The notes under the pieces: model-generated
Told to the model about the DNA's origin: nothing
Database searches by the model: none
The model's input: the letters and a program-made list of their open reading frames with translations, nothing else
In this document: in pieces, positions 39,401 to 49,078 of the stretch
How positions within the stretch are numbered: the first letter of the stretch is position 1
Layout of the letters: every line of letters starts with the position of its first letter
NCBI GenBank assembly: GCA_016702305.1
Contig: JADJEH010000001.1
Coordinates: forward strand, 508,368 to 572,367
Length of the DNA stretch: 64,000 bases
Reading direction: 5' to 3'
From: a bacterium
GTDB taxonomy: Bacteria > Electryoneota > RPQS01
Translations under genes and position numbers: made by a program

Positions 39401-42400
39401 ACAGTGACGCGACGCTGTTGCCCGCGAATGGCGCGGCGACCGCGACGATAACGGTCAACCTCCGCGAGACGAGCAGCACGATCGCGATATCGGGTGCAAC
39501 AATCCTGTGCGGCGCGAACATGGGTTCGATTGCCGCGAGCGGCATCACCAGTGAAGCCGGTGTTGCAACCTTCACGTATACTTCGGGAGTTGAAGTGGGC
39601 GACGCGAGTATCATCGTGCGCTACGGCAACCAGTTGCGTGATACGGTGACGATCTCTATGTTCTCGCCCTCGCCATCCGGATTGGACCTTGAGTCCGATC
39701 AGATGTCGTTGTTGGCCGACGGTCAGAGCTCGGCGAATCTGAGCTGCCGACTGTTGGATCAATCGGGCAGTCCGATTGCGAACACGCAGATTGTCTGGAG
39801 CGTGAGCGGTCCGGGCAGCCTGACGGATGGCATGAGCTACACGAACTCCGACGGCTATGCGACGAATGTTTACAACAGCGCAGGCCGCGCCACGGATGCG
39901 ACGACCATTGTGCGGGCGCATTCGCAGTCCGCGTCTGATTCCGTGTCGCTTGCGTTGCGTGGCGTGACGGTCGTCTCATCTGCACAATTCAATGCGATGC
40001 CGGCAAACGGCATTTCAAGCAACACGATTACGGCTCAAGTTCGTGAGACAACCAGTCTCGTTGCGGTGTCGGGACGAGACGTGACGTTTGGCACGAGCCT
40101 CGGTTCCATACCGAACACGGCTGTTACGAACTCGTCGGGTATGGCCACCGTGAATCTTGTAGCCGGAAGCACGAGCGGCAATGCGCTGGTCGTGTGCACG
40201 ATGGGTCCGCAACTTGGTGATTCGGTGATGGTCAACATGTATGCGCCAACGGCGCAGAACGTGGCGGTTGTCCCGCAGACCAATACGGTGCGTGCCGACG
40301 GATTAAGCAGTGTACCGGTTACGGCCACGGTCAGCGACGCCATGGGTGTACCATTGGCCGATGCGACCATCACCTGGACGGCAAGTGGAATCACTTTCAC
40401 GCCGGTGACGACCGTGACCGGACCCGACGGCGTGGCGATGCTGAATTTCGCTCCGGCGGGCCGTTCGACCAATCTGAGTACTACCTTGACTGCGGCTGCC
40501 GGTACGGCGCAAGGCACAACCGCGATTACGCTGCGCGGCGTCACAGTGACGACGACGGCGATTCCGGACATGGTCATTGCGGACGGCAACTCGACCTCAG
40601 AGATTCGCGTGCATGTTTACGAGACCGTTTCGCAGATCGCGATTCCTGAAGCGACGGTCTATTTCGGGACAAATCCCGGTACGATACCGCAATCGGCTGA
40701 AACGGATGCGAGCGGCGTCGCGTCGGTAAACCTTGAGGCTTCAACGACGACTGGCACCGCCACGGTAACGGCAACGTATGGTCAGACGCTTACTGCGCAG
40801 ACCAGTGTCCTGTTTGCCGCTTCGACGCCTACCACGCTTTCGTTGACGGCATCGCCGACGATTCTGTTTGCTGACAACAACTCGGCTTCAACGCTGACCG
40901 CGAATGTGACGGACCAGAACGGCAACCCGGTGCCCGATGGCACGCAGGTACGATTCAGCATTCCGCCGCAATCAGGATCGCTCGAGAATCTGCGGACTAC
41001 AGTCGGCGGCGTGGCGAGCAATTCGTTGACGTCCAGCTCGAGTCCTGACACGTTCTATGTCGCAGCGTGGGCCGAGGATAACCCGGTCGTGCGCGACAGC
41101 GTTCAAATCATCTACCGCGTCGGCGATCCGTCTGTAGTGATCATGTCGGCGATGACCGATAGCTTGCTGGCGAACGGCATCGCAACTGACAGCATCACCG
41201 CACGGGTGACGGATGCCGTGGGGCACCCGCTGCCCAATGTGGAAGTGCAGTTCAACGCCACCATAGGCAACATCACGGCCAGCCGCGTTACGAACGCACA
41301 GGGCAACGCGACCGTACCGTTTAGTTCGTCGCAAACGGGCACATCCATTGTGACGGCCCGCGCCGGGTCGGCGGTGGCGAGTTACAACATCTTCCTGTTG
41401 CCCGGCCTGCCGAACAGCATCCAGTTGACATTCCTGCCGAATTCGGTTGGCGTGCGCGGAAGCGGACGCAACGAAACGCTGTTGATTACGGCGACCGTCA
41501 ACGATGCGAACAACAATCCAGTCGTGGATGGAACGCCCGTGACGTTTAACATCAACAACTCCCCCGGCGGCGGTGACTTCCTGTCGAGCGGGAACGCGAT
41601 TCCGACGATTAACGGTCAAGCGACGGTCGCCTACAATTCGGGCACCGTGAGCGGTACGGCCCGCGTGCGAGCGGTCTGCGCCGGCGTGAGCGCCGTATCC
41701 ACGGAAATTTTGATTCACGCTGGACCGCCGTATATCGAGAACATTGGCGACGGCTGTCTGTCGAGTCACATGGCAATCGGCGCGAGTCCGTGCAATATGT
41801 TCGGCATGGATATCGTGGGCGAGAGCGTCCAGTTGGTTTGCCTCGTGGGCGATCGTTATAACAACCCCGTGACGCCGGGTACCGCCGTGTACTTCACGAC
41901 ATCCGGCGGCGTAGTGACCACAGCCACAGGTTATACCGACTCGGCCGGCTTTGCGCGCGTCACGCTGTACAGCGGCAATCCGCTGCCGACCGTGAGCCGT
42001 TGGCTGAACACCTTGACCGATCCGAATCTGGGCACAACGGTGCTTTGTACCGACGTGCCGGATCAGAATGGCATGGCCAAGGTCATGGTAAAGACGGCCG
42101 GTGTTGACGCCACGGGCGACAGCGTCTGGGTGTGGGCCACGACAAACGTCGTGTTCGATTACAGCCAGCCGATCCTGAACCTCCGAGAAGTGACTGTCAA
42201 CGGCGACCCGGACGAGCGCACACTGTTCATCGGCGAAAATGCGTTGATTCGCTTCGCACTGTATGACAGCAACTACTGGCCGATGGTGTCGGGTACGACC
42301 GTGACCTTCAGCGCGAGCGCAGGCAACGTCTACCCGAGTGAAATCGAAATCGGCTGTCCGGGCGACACCACCTACACGGTCAGCTTCTTCAACAACATGA

Positions 42401-42552
42401 CGACGAACGATGACGACGCCGCCACCCCGGTGCTGATCAACGTTTCCGCAGAGTACGGCGCGGCCTATGCGTTCACTGAGACGTTCACGTTGCGCGCGGC
42501 ATTCAGCGGTGCGGCGCCACCGCCGTCCCGCGATGATGAGACCATTCAATAA
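36484..42552 (+). CDS. giant (2031 aa) surface lipoprotein built from ~20 tandem bacterial Ig-like (Big_1/invasin-type) domains
   Basis: Lipoprotein signal MQRRLPFSFWLPMGTLLSVALWYGC; ~95-aa modules repeating ..LLANG.S.T.V.A.V.D..GNP.....V.F....G.....T.TDA.G.A.A.F... about 20 times; C-terminal non-repeat ~350 aa. Confidence 0.8.
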   Translation: MQRRLPFSFWLPMGTLLSVALWYGCEQKGDLSPVSSARDNLAFIDTIIIDPPVISPLGTAWIEARVVNEQQEPAAGEDVRFTATRGTFGEDGPDVTIPADNYGVARTLYTAPADTGNVSLHIELVSMQTAQSRSLPVQVGAGSQDGLLSVSADEDTLFADNGASTTQVRARVRNALNNPIGGAEVTFSTSRGVITSPSVTDAQTGAATATLTSTEAIGRAMVVATYNGNSDTVYVEFLEPFEASAIHVNTSLSSLTAGMDSSVISARVIGEDGQTLRTNVMVTFAANAGSFTAQAVTTVNGVATTTYRAPVTAGPVTIVASTGTVTGEADVTVNPGALASLTLTTGADTLDADNASETMVRALARDTYGNPALPGTIVAFSSVNGSITESASTDASGYANATFRAGLNSGNATVTALNGSIGGSAAIYLQMTEAEALNMTVTPRQLVADGQSTAILRAQVLDGDNRPVSNGTIVTFTSELGQLDGTGAIHDGGKQSPTWKNSGNSALARTQTARLHGHNKAMRGPERRGDPAMSVFNAVTQDGYAVATLTSSTTAANDLISAVVNGLTDEETVTYSAGTAASVEVTPADADLPADGASSTPVVCRVYDAFGNPLGGGVAIAVTSTIGTLLPTSGFTNASGTFTTNLTSARQVGNCAIVANAGAASGYAEVDFTAPEVAGLVLTSTSSSILADGYSSTVVVATVRDQLGLPVSGRTVAWSAGNGIGTLQVITGVTDANGTVSAEFFSGASNVDASQVVDAAAEGEEGSYAITMRGVTVLVNVEADNLPANGQATTDVHATIRETSSGLAVPSAPVRFATTNGSIEQFAETNESGVATAVYQAGNDAGEVHISASFGDTLRAQSMITLTNTDAEQIVVTMGDSELLANGESSTEVSAFVTDEGGYPVENVEVVFTSVANGSFEPVTTFTDAAGFARSEFIAVASENDLVAPIDVAIERSAIQDTLTLRGVTLHAYSDATLLPANGAATATITVNLRETSSTIAISGATILCGANMGSIAASGITSEAGVATFTYTSGVEVGDASIIVRYGNQLRDTVTISMFSPSPSGLDLESDQMSLLADGQSSANLSCRLLDQSGSPIANTQIVWSVSGPGSLTDGMSYTNSDGYATNVYNSAGRATDATTIVRAHSQSASDSVSLALRGVTVVSSAQFNAMPANGISSNTITAQVRETTSLVAVSGRDVTFGTSLGSIPNTAVTNSSGMATVNLVAGSTSGNALVVCTMGPQLGDSVMVNMYAPTAQNVAVVPQTNTVRADGLSSVPVTATVSDAMGVPLADATITWTASGITFTPVTTVTGPDGVAMLNFAPAGRSTNLSTTLTAAAGTAQGTTAITLRGVTVTTTAIPDMVIADGNSTSEIRVHVYETVSQIAIPEATVYFGTNPGTIPQSAETDASGVASVNLEASTTTGTATVTATYGQTLTAQTSVLFAASTPTTLSLTASPTILFADNNSASTLTANVTDQNGNPVPDGTQVRFSIPPQSGSLENLRTTVGGVASNSLTSSSSPDTFYVAAWAEDNPVVRDSVQIIYRVGDPSVVIMSAMTDSLLANGIATDSITARVTDAVGHPLPNVEVQFNATIGNITASRVTNAQGNATVPFSSSQTGTSIVTARAGSAVASYNIFLLPGLPNSIQLTFLPNSVGVRGSGRNETLLITATVNDANNNPVVDGTPVTFNINNSPGGGDFLSSGNAIPTINGQATVAYNSGTVSGTARVRAVCAGVSAVSTEILIHAGPPYIENIGDGCLSSHMAIGASPCNMFGMDIVGESVQLVCLVGDRYNNPVTPGTAVYFTTSGGVVTTATGYTDSAGFARVTLYSGNPLPTVSRWLNTLTDPNLGTTVLCTDVPDQNGMAKVMVKTAGVDATGDSVWVWATTNVVFDYSQPILNLREVTVNGDPDERTLFIGENALIRFALYDSNYWPMVSGTTVTFSASAGNVYPSEIEIGCPGDTTYTVSFFNNMTTNDDDAATPVLINVSAEYGAAYAFTETFTLRAAFSGAAPPPSRDDETIQ

Positions 42553-42563
42553 GCGAGGCATAC

Positions 42564-43313
42564 ATGAAGATCAGATACATTTCCATTACCTGCGCAATGC
42601 TGCTGCTCACTTCCGCAGCAACCGCAATGGTCGGAGGTCCGCTGTTTTGCGTGGGCAATAAGGTCACAAGCATGACGGTTGAAGTCGAGCGAGTTGACTA
42701 CAGTGTGCCGATGTCCGCCGACTTGAGCGGGCGCGGCGGCAGCCAGACACAACGGCTATTCCTTACCGGCAGCTATGGCTTGGCGGAATTCGTTGACGCG
42801 CACGTGAAACTCGGTGCCGCGGACTTGAACTTCGACGAGTTCAACAACGGCTTCTCGCCCTTCGCGAGTGATCCGTCGTTCGCGTGGGGCGCGGGCCTGA
42901 AGGCGGGCATTCCGTTCAACGAAAAGCTACAATTGAACGCGAGCTGTGATTACATCGGCTTCAATGCCGAAGGCGAAGTGTCGCGCACAGGCCGCACGAT
43001 TTCGAACAAGTACTTGTGGCAGGAACTTCGTCCAGCGGTCACGCTCGGTTACAGGATTTCGGACGTAACGCCGTATGTCGGCGTGAGCAAGACTTTCCTG
43101 ACCGGAAACCGCGAGTTCACGGTGGCCTATAACGGCAACATCCTTGACGCGGCGTCCGGAAGCGAAACTTATACAGATGGAGAACAGCCGATCAGTCCGC
43201 TTGTTGGTCTCGAATGGCATCTTCCCGACGGCTATTCGCTGACAGGCGAAGCGGCCAGCGGCGAGGACGGAAACTTCGGAATCTCGATTGGCTTGTCGCA
43301 AGCCTTGCGCTAA
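42564..43313 (+). CDS. putative outer-membrane beta-barrel protein
   Basis: Signal peptide MKIRYISITCAMLLLTSAATA; alternating hydrophobic beta-strand pattern with G/Y/F-rich turns; 249 aa; 12 nt after the giant protein. Confidence 0.45.
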   Translation: MKIRYISITCAMLLLTSAATAMVGGPLFCVGNKVTSMTVEVERVDYSVPMSADLSGRGGSQTQRLFLTGSYGLAEFVDAHVKLGAADLNFDEFNNGFSPFASDPSFAWGAGLKAGIPFNEKLQLNASCDYIGFNAEGEVSRTGRTISNKYLWQELRPAVTLGYRISDVTPYVGVSKTFLTGNREFTVAYNGNILDAASGSETYTDGEQPISPLVGLEWHLPDGYSLTGEAASGEDGNFGISIGLSQALR

Positions 43314-43337
43314 GCAGCAACCGGCAAGGAGAACAAG

Positions 43338-43718
43338 ATGAATATGAAACGAGCACTACGAAAATGGCAGGCCGGCATTAGCCTGTTAGAGGTACTGGTC
43401 ACGACACTCATCGTGACCGGCGGTCTGGTCGTTGTGATGGCGTCGTTCGTGGGAATTGCCAAATCGAATCGCTACGTTGAAAAGATGGAGACCGCGAACA
43501 ATCTGCTGCGACTCGAGATGGAAAACTTGCGCAACAACGACTACGGCGCGATCCAATCGTTGTCCGGCGACTACAACGAAAGTTTCTCGGATCAGCCGGA
43601 CTTCAGGCGCAGAATCACGGTGACAGACCTTGGCAGCGTAAAACGCGTTACCGTTCAGATCTTCTTCAATGACGATCACCATGTTGCCGAAGCCACGACG
43701 ATGGTGGCGAATCTCTAA
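43338..43718 (+). CDS. pilV: minor pilin / pseudopilin, PilV-like
   Basis: Prepilin N-terminus WQAGISLLEVLVTTLIVTGGLVVVMAS (G-x-x-x-x-E); 126 aa. Confidence 0.7.
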   Translation: MNMKRALRKWQAGISLLEVLVTTLIVTGGLVVVMASFVGIAKSNRYVEKMETANNLLRLEMENLRNNDYGAIQSLSGDYNESFSDQPDFRRRITVTDLGSVKRVTVQIFFNDDHHVAEATTMVANL

Positions 43719-43730
43719 AAGGAAGCGAAC

Positions 43731-44501
43731 ATGCTTGCAATAACACGCATGGGCGAACACAGGGCAATCGGGCGCATACAGCGCGGCGCATCGTTATTGG
43801 AGATGACACTCTCCATGACTCTGGGCGCCGTAATTCTGGTTTCACTCTTCTCGCTCTACTACGTCGCGGCGGCTACCGCGGCCAAAGAAGAGAGCAGATC
43901 AGTCGCTACTTCGGAAGGGCGCTTGCTGACCATGCGCGTTGTGCGCGACGTGCGTTTAATGGGGCTTCTCGCGACCGAAGACATTGACGGCGACAGCAAT
44001 GACATTGACACCGATGTTCCGGACATAAACTGGAGCAACGGGGTGCTTGAACCAATCGAGCATGCGTCCACTTACAACCTTGTCTTCAGTTGTGACATTG
44101 ACGACGACTCGGTCACCGAAACCGTCGGTTATTGGATGAATGAGAACGGCATTCAGCAGGACATGTGGGAATGGCAACGTGACTCGACGGACTGGAGTAT
44201 TCGCACCGCTCGAATCATTGGAGACAATGTGGACGCGGTGTTGTTCCGTTACTACGACAGAGACGGAAATGAGCTTCCGACGTCCGGGCCGATCCCGGTA
44301 GGCGGATATACTCTGACCGCGGGCGAGCGCATGCGGGTGACAGCCGTTGAGGTGAGCGTCGTCATTCGTTCGGAAGAGGCCGCCAACGTTACGCGCAGCA
44401 ATTACCTGATGCTGCCGGACGGCAGATACTGGTACGATCACTTTCACCGGGAGCTGTACCGCTTCCTGGTGCGCGGACGCAATTTGAATCTTGAATCATA
44501 A
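43731..44501 (+). CDS. pilW: minor pilin, PilW-like
   Basis: N-terminal GASLLEMTLSMTLGAVILVSL prepilin-like helix; 256 aa; follows pilV as in pilVWX(Y1) operons. Confidence 0.55.
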   Translation: MLAITRMGEHRAIGRIQRGASLLEMTLSMTLGAVILVSLFSLYYVAAATAAKEESRSVATSEGRLLTMRVVRDVRLMGLLATEDIDGDSNDIDTDVPDINWSNGVLEPIEHASTYNLVFSCDIDDDSVTETVGYWMNENGIQQDMWEWQRDSTDWSIRTARIIGDNVDAVLFRYYDRDGNELPTSGPIPVGGYTLTAGERMRVTAVEVSVVIRSEEAANVTRSNYLMLPDGRYWYDHFHRELYRFLVRGRNLNLES

Positions 44502-44510
44502 CGCCCGAGG

Positions 44511-46172
44511 ATGAACATGAAACGAAGTCATGGCGGCTCGAAGGGCGGCAAGGCAGGGCAAAGTACGCGCCAGCAGGGCATGATTATGCTGGCCGCGGTA
44601 GTTATGCTGGCTGGTCTGATGTTTGTGGCAACGACTTCCTCGCTGAACTCGATTGGTACAACAAAAGTTGAAACGACTGCGCTGGATGAAACCCGGACGT
44701 TCTATGCGGCGGAGGCCGCCGTCGAATGGGGTGTTGATCAGTTGCGCGACTACCTTATGGTCAATCTGGACCCGGAAACCGCAGAGCTGGATTCACTGCC
44801 GCTCCCGGACATGGATGGTTATGTGTACGACCTCTACGAAGTCGAACGTGTTGGAGTGACGACGCAAGAAGTCATCACGGCAGGTGACTATCAGGGCCTG
44901 ATCGGTTTTGTTAATCGGTACGGCATCACAGCGCGCGCGCAGTCCAACCGATCCTCGACGACCATTGCGCGCGAAATCCAACATCAGTTCATTCCGCTGT
45001 TTCAATTCGGCGTGTTCTATGATAAGGACCTTGAAATATACCCGGGCCCTGAAATGACTTTTGAGGGTCGAGTGCATACAAATGCAGACCTATTCATGGG
45101 TGCTGAGACCGGCATCATCTGCAATTCGTATGTTACATCGGGCGGTCAATACTGGCACCACCGCAAGGATGGCGCGCACGTTGACCCGCCGGGCTATGTG
45201 CGCATCATGAACAACCTTGGCGCTTACGAAGATGTGTGGCGGGGCGGATATTGGTTGGACAATCGCCAGGCGGATTGGGCGAATCAGGCATTGACTGTGT
45301 GGGGCGGACAAGTACGCGACAGCGCGCACGGCATGTCAACGCTCCGGTTGCCGCTGCCGCCCGCCGCTGACCAGCACGAAATCGTCGAGCGCGCGGACAC
45401 GCTCAATGACGGCGCTCAAGAGATTGCCGCAAAGTACTGGTACAAGGCCGGTATGCGTTACGTAGACGGAGTGCTGACGGACAGTGCGGGAACGGTGCTG
45501 GCGAATCCGGGCTACTTCGTCTATACGGTCAACAAGTTCACGGACGCTCGTGAAGGTCGGAGAATGGACGTTGTTGATGTTGACATAGGTGCGATCCGGG
45601 CCGCCGGAGTGTATCCGGCAAACGGCATCATCTACATCAGCGATTACCGCGGTGCGGACAAAGCCGTACGCATCAAGAATGCAGCACAACTCCCGCCGAA
45701 CGGGCTAACGATCGCGACCGATCTGCCGCTTTATATCTGGGGAAACTACAACACCGTCAGCAAGCGTGGTTCGTCGCTGCTTTGCGATGCGATCACCTTC
45801 TTGTCGCCGGCCTGGCTTGACGCAAACTCTGCGTTACCGCTGAACAGCCGGGTACCCAGTACCATGACGGTGAATGCCTGCATAATGACCGGTCATGTCT
45901 CGAGCGTTGACGGCGGAGCCTATAGCGGCGGTCTGGAAAATCTGCTGCGTTTCCTCGAAAAGTGGAGCTCGCAATGGGTGAACTACCGGGGGAGCATGAT
46001 AGACCTGTGGTATAGCCGCTACAACGTTGCGCCATGGGTGTATGGTGGCTACTATACGGCTCCAAAACGTAACTGGGGATTTGATACCGACCTACTTGAT
46101 CCGGACAATTGGCCTCCGGGAACTCCGCGCGTACACACAGTGCAACGCGGCGCGTGGCGGCAGATAAGCTAA
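44511..46172 (+). CDS. pilX: PilX N-terminal-domain protein (large, possibly PilY1-like tip factor)
   Basis: RQQGMIMLAAVVMLAGLMFVATTS is the PilX_N pattern; 553 aa globular C-terminal region. Confidence 0.55.
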   Translation: MNMKRSHGGSKGGKAGQSTRQQGMIMLAAVVMLAGLMFVATTSSLNSIGTTKVETTALDETRTFYAAEAAVEWGVDQLRDYLMVNLDPETAELDSLPLPDMDGYVYDLYEVERVGVTTQEVITAGDYQGLIGFVNRYGITARAQSNRSSTTIAREIQHQFIPLFQFGVFYDKDLEIYPGPEMTFEGRVHTNADLFMGAETGIICNSYVTSGGQYWHHRKDGAHVDPPGYVRIMNNLGAYEDVWRGGYWLDNRQADWANQALTVWGGQVRDSAHGMSTLRLPLPPAADQHEIVERADTLNDGAQEIAAKYWYKAGMRYVDGVLTDSAGTVLANPGYFVYTVNKFTDAREGRRMDVVDVDIGAIRAAGVYPANGIIYISDYRGADKAVRIKNAAQLPPNGLTIATDLPLYIWGNYNTVSKRGSSLLCDAITFLSPAWLDANSALPLNSRVPSTMTVNACIMTGHVSSVDGGAYSGGLENLLRFLEKWSSQWVNYRGSMIDLWYSRYNVAPWVYGGYYTAPKRNWGFDTDLLDPDNWPPGTPRVHTVQRGAWRQIS

Positions 46173-46184
46173 AGGAAGATAAGT

Positions 46185-47339
46185 ATGAACCTGTCCTTAA
46201 AGAGCGGGAAGAAACCTGATTCGAAATCGCGCCTCTTGCTGCGCAGCGGCAAGTGGAAAGCCGCGCTGCCGTTCTATGAAGAACAGGCGCGAGCGGACGA
46301 GCAAGACTACAGCAAGTTGAATCTGCTGGGTGATATACAATTCCGCGCCGGCGACTCGACTGCCGCCGCTTCAAGCTGGTTGCGCGTCATGGACGGCTTC
46401 GCTCAGGAAAGCCTGCATGAGAACGTGCTGGGCGTCGGCCGCAAGATTGCCAAGCGTTGTCCGGAGGAAACGTCCGTTCACCTGGTCCTCTCCGACGCCT
46501 ATCTTGGACTGGAGTATTACGCCGACGCAATCAGTTCGTTTCGCAGTTACGTGAAGCTCTGCAAGCAGGCAACGAGCGCGGAAAAGAAGAACTGGTTCCG
46601 CCGTGTGTTGACGATTGACATTGCGCACCCGCATCTGCTGGAAGAAGTACAGCAGATCTACGAGGAATGTGCCTTTGAAGACATCGAGCTCGAGCGCGAG
46701 GTTAAGGCGTGGGTGAAGCGGATGTTTGAGGCCCAAGAGTACAAGCCCGAAAGCGAGGAAATCCTGGTCGCTGAAGAGAATAACTTCGAATCGCCAATGC
46801 TTGCCGTCGAGACTGATGGCTTGATGACGATAGACACAGGTTGGTCAGGGCAAGGAGCTGATTTCATCCGGCAGGATGCGATCTCGTACGATTCTCCCGT
46901 CCCCGCCTATGCGCCGCAAGACGCTGCAAGTTCTTATGTTGCCGCAGCCGACACGCCCGAAGAAGATATCCCCGATGGCCAGGGCAAGGACCATTTCGAT
47001 CTGGGCGTCGTCTACGCCGAAATGAAGTTGTGGGATGCTGCCATCACGGAGTTTCAGACGGCCCGGCGAGACCGCAGTATTCGCAGCAAAGCGACGATTG
47101 AGCTCGCTCAGTGCTTCAAGAACTCCAATGATCCTCATCGAGCGTTGCGACTGCTCGAGGACGAGACAGCCGTCACCGCAGCGGAAGCGGACGTTCAGGA
47201 TGATCTCAATTTCCAGATGGGCGTCCTCAATGAGACTTTGGGCAACGCCGCTGCCGCCGCCGCATGTTACGAAAAAGTCAGCGCGGAATCCCAAAATTAC
47301 GGTGAAGCCACATCGCGAGCCGCTCGCGTGCGCGCTTAA
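46185..47339 (+). CDS. TPR-like repeat protein
   Basis: Helical-repeat character (..LGDIQFRAGDSTAAASSWLRV.., ..LGVVYAEMKLWDAAITEFQTA.., ..YEKVSAES); no signal peptide; 384 aa. Confidence 0.45.
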   Translation: MNLSLKSGKKPDSKSRLLLRSGKWKAALPFYEEQARADEQDYSKLNLLGDIQFRAGDSTAAASSWLRVMDGFAQESLHENVLGVGRKIAKRCPEETSVHLVLSDAYLGLEYYADAISSFRSYVKLCKQATSAEKKNWFRRVLTIDIAHPHLLEEVQQIYEECAFEDIELEREVKAWVKRMFEAQEYKPESEEILVAEENNFESPMLAVETDGLMTIDTGWSGQGADFIRQDAISYDSPVPAYAPQDAASSYVAAADTPEEDIPDGQGKDHFDLGVVYAEMKLWDAAITEFQTARRDRSIRSKATIELAQCFKNSNDPHRALRLLEDETAVTAAEADVQDDLNFQMGVLNETLGNAAAAAACYEKVSAESQNYGEATSRAARVRA

Positions 47340-47364
47340 CAAATAGGAGAAGAAGGGCAAGGGC

Positions 47365-48474
47365 ATGGAACTCAAAGGGCTGTTGGAGATGCTGTTCGCC
47401 AAAAAGGCGTCGGACTTGCACTTGCGGGTCGGCAGCGTGCCGGTGTTGCGGATTGATGGCAATCTGTTCGGCACGCGACCGGAGCCGGTGAGCGAGCGCG
47501 AGATGACGGTGTTGTTGAATGAAGCCCTGACATCGGGTCAGTTGGAGCGCTTCCTGCGCGACAAAGAGCTTGACCTTGCGTTGACCGTTCCCGGCCATGG
47601 CCGAGTGCGCGTAAACGCCTATTTCCAAAAAGGCACTCCGGCGCTGGCTTTCCGCGCCATCAAGACGTCCATTCCAACGTTTAAAGAGCTGGGGCTTCCG
47701 CCTGCCATCGAGCGCCTGTGCTCGCAGCGCCGCGGCATCATTCTGCTTACCGGCGCCACCGGATCGGGAAAGTCCACGACGATGGCCTCGATGATCGAGC
47801 ACATCAATCAAACGCGCAGCCTCAATATCCTGACGATTGAAGATCCGATCGAGTTCGTGTTCTCGAACAAAAAGTCGCTGATCGCTCAGCGCGAGGTGCT
47901 GATTGACACGGAGTCGTTTCTGGCGGCTCTGACGCATGCGCTGCGCGAAGACCCGGACATTATCATGGTCGGCGAGATTCGCGATCAAAATACCATGAAG
48001 ATCGCATTGCAAGCCGCGGAGACCGGCCACCTTGTGCTGACGTCTCTGCACACCCTGAATGCGGTTGAGGCTATCAACCGCATTATCTCGTTCTTCCCGT
48101 TGAATGAACAGGCGCAGATCCGCGCGATGCTCTCCGGCGCCTTGCAAGCCGTGATTTCACAGCGGCTCGTCGGCCGCAAAGATGCGCGGGGCCGCGTACC
48201 GCTGGTGGAGATCATGATCAGCACCGCCGCCATCCGTGAGTGTCTCACGCAGACTGACAAGATGAACCTGATTCACGGACTTATCGAGGACGATCAGGGC
48301 ACTCACGGTATGCAGACATTCGACCAATCCATTTTGAATCTGTTTAATCTCGGACTGATCTCAATTGAGACAGCCCTTGAAAACGCGAATAATCCGAATG
48401 ACCTCGAAATGGCCATACGCGGCATTAAGTCGTCCGGATCCAGACTTGCGGAGGCGGCCCATGGAGTCGCATAA
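47365..48474 (+). CDS. pilU: second PilT-family retraction ATPase (PilT2/PilU-like)
   Basis: Walker A GATGSGKSTTMAS, EDPIEF, LREDPDIIMVGEIRD, His box LTSLHT; 369 aa. Confidence 0.88.
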   Translation: MELKGLLEMLFAKKASDLHLRVGSVPVLRIDGNLFGTRPEPVSEREMTVLLNEALTSGQLERFLRDKELDLALTVPGHGRVRVNAYFQKGTPALAFRAIKTSIPTFKELGLPPAIERLCSQRRGIILLTGATGSGKSTTMASMIEHINQTRSLNILTIEDPIEFVFSNKKSLIAQREVLIDTESFLAALTHALREDPDIIMVGEIRDQNTMKIALQAAETGHLVLTSLHTLNAVEAINRIISFFPLNEQAQIRAMLSGALQAVISQRLVGRKDARGRVPLVEIMISTAAIRECLTQTDKMNLIHGLIEDDQGTHGMQTFDQSILNLFNLGLISIETALENANNPNDLEMAIRGIKSSGSRLAEAAHGVA

Positions 48475-49078
48475 TGAGAGCAATTTGTTGGAGACGCTGG
48501 AACGCTATCGCGTGCGACGGTTCACGGGCAAGATTTCCGTCGAGAACGAACTGACCACAGCGGACATTTGGTTCGTGCGCGGAAACTTGACGCACGTTGA
48601 GAACCGCAACGGCGAGACCGGTTGGAAAGCACTTGAAGGCCTCAAAGGCGGCACGTTGTCATGTGCCGAGCTGATGGACGCGCTGCCGCCGCAGCGCTCG
48701 ATTCGAGTCGAAACGGGGCGGCTGCTCAAGGCGATGAGAAGTTCGGCAGGCGCGCAGCGGGAAGCTGCTTTGCGCGTGCCGGTGCCGCTGCATTTGCGGC
48801 TGCAAACGAAGTTCATGGAGTTGCGCAACCGGATAAGCGGCCTGCGCGCTTTCGAGCTCAGCCGGGCCAAGCACGAACGTGAAAGCAGCCGGGGTAGTGG
48901 TGAACGTCTAATCCTCGAGCGCGATCCGCGCGGGTGCCGGTGGACGCACCGGAATAGCCAAAATGAGCTGACTGTTCGTGGAGACGAGAGTACGACCACG
49001 ACCGAATTAATGCTGGCCGGAGAAGAAATGTGGCGCGAATTTGAGCGACTGAATCATTCCGACCGGGGCCATGAGTAA
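48461..49078 (+). CDS. DUF4388-like domain protein
   Basis: Start at MESHNESN overlapping pilU end; ..LLETLERYRVRRFTGKISVENELTTADIWFVRGNLTHVEN..GWKALEGL matches the DUF4388 (PATAN-like) pattern found with pilus/gliding regulators. Confidence 0.5.
   Translation: MESHNESNLLETLERYRVRRFTGKISVENELTTADIWFVRGNLTHVENRNGETGWKALEGLKGGTLSCAELMDALPPQRSIRVETGRLLKAMRSSAGAQREAALRVPVPLHLRLQTKFMELRNRISGLRAFELSRAKHERESSRGSGERLILERDPRGCRWTHRNSQNELTVRGDESTTTTELMLAGEEMWREFERLNHSDRGHE

Noticed and set aside
40972-42561. 529-aa minus-strand ORF (and 39133..39921, 40035..40589) inside the giant Ig-repeat gene
   Set aside because: Antisense to a clearly modular, signal-peptide-bearing + strand gene. Arg/His-rich nonsense translation typical of GC-rich antisense frames.
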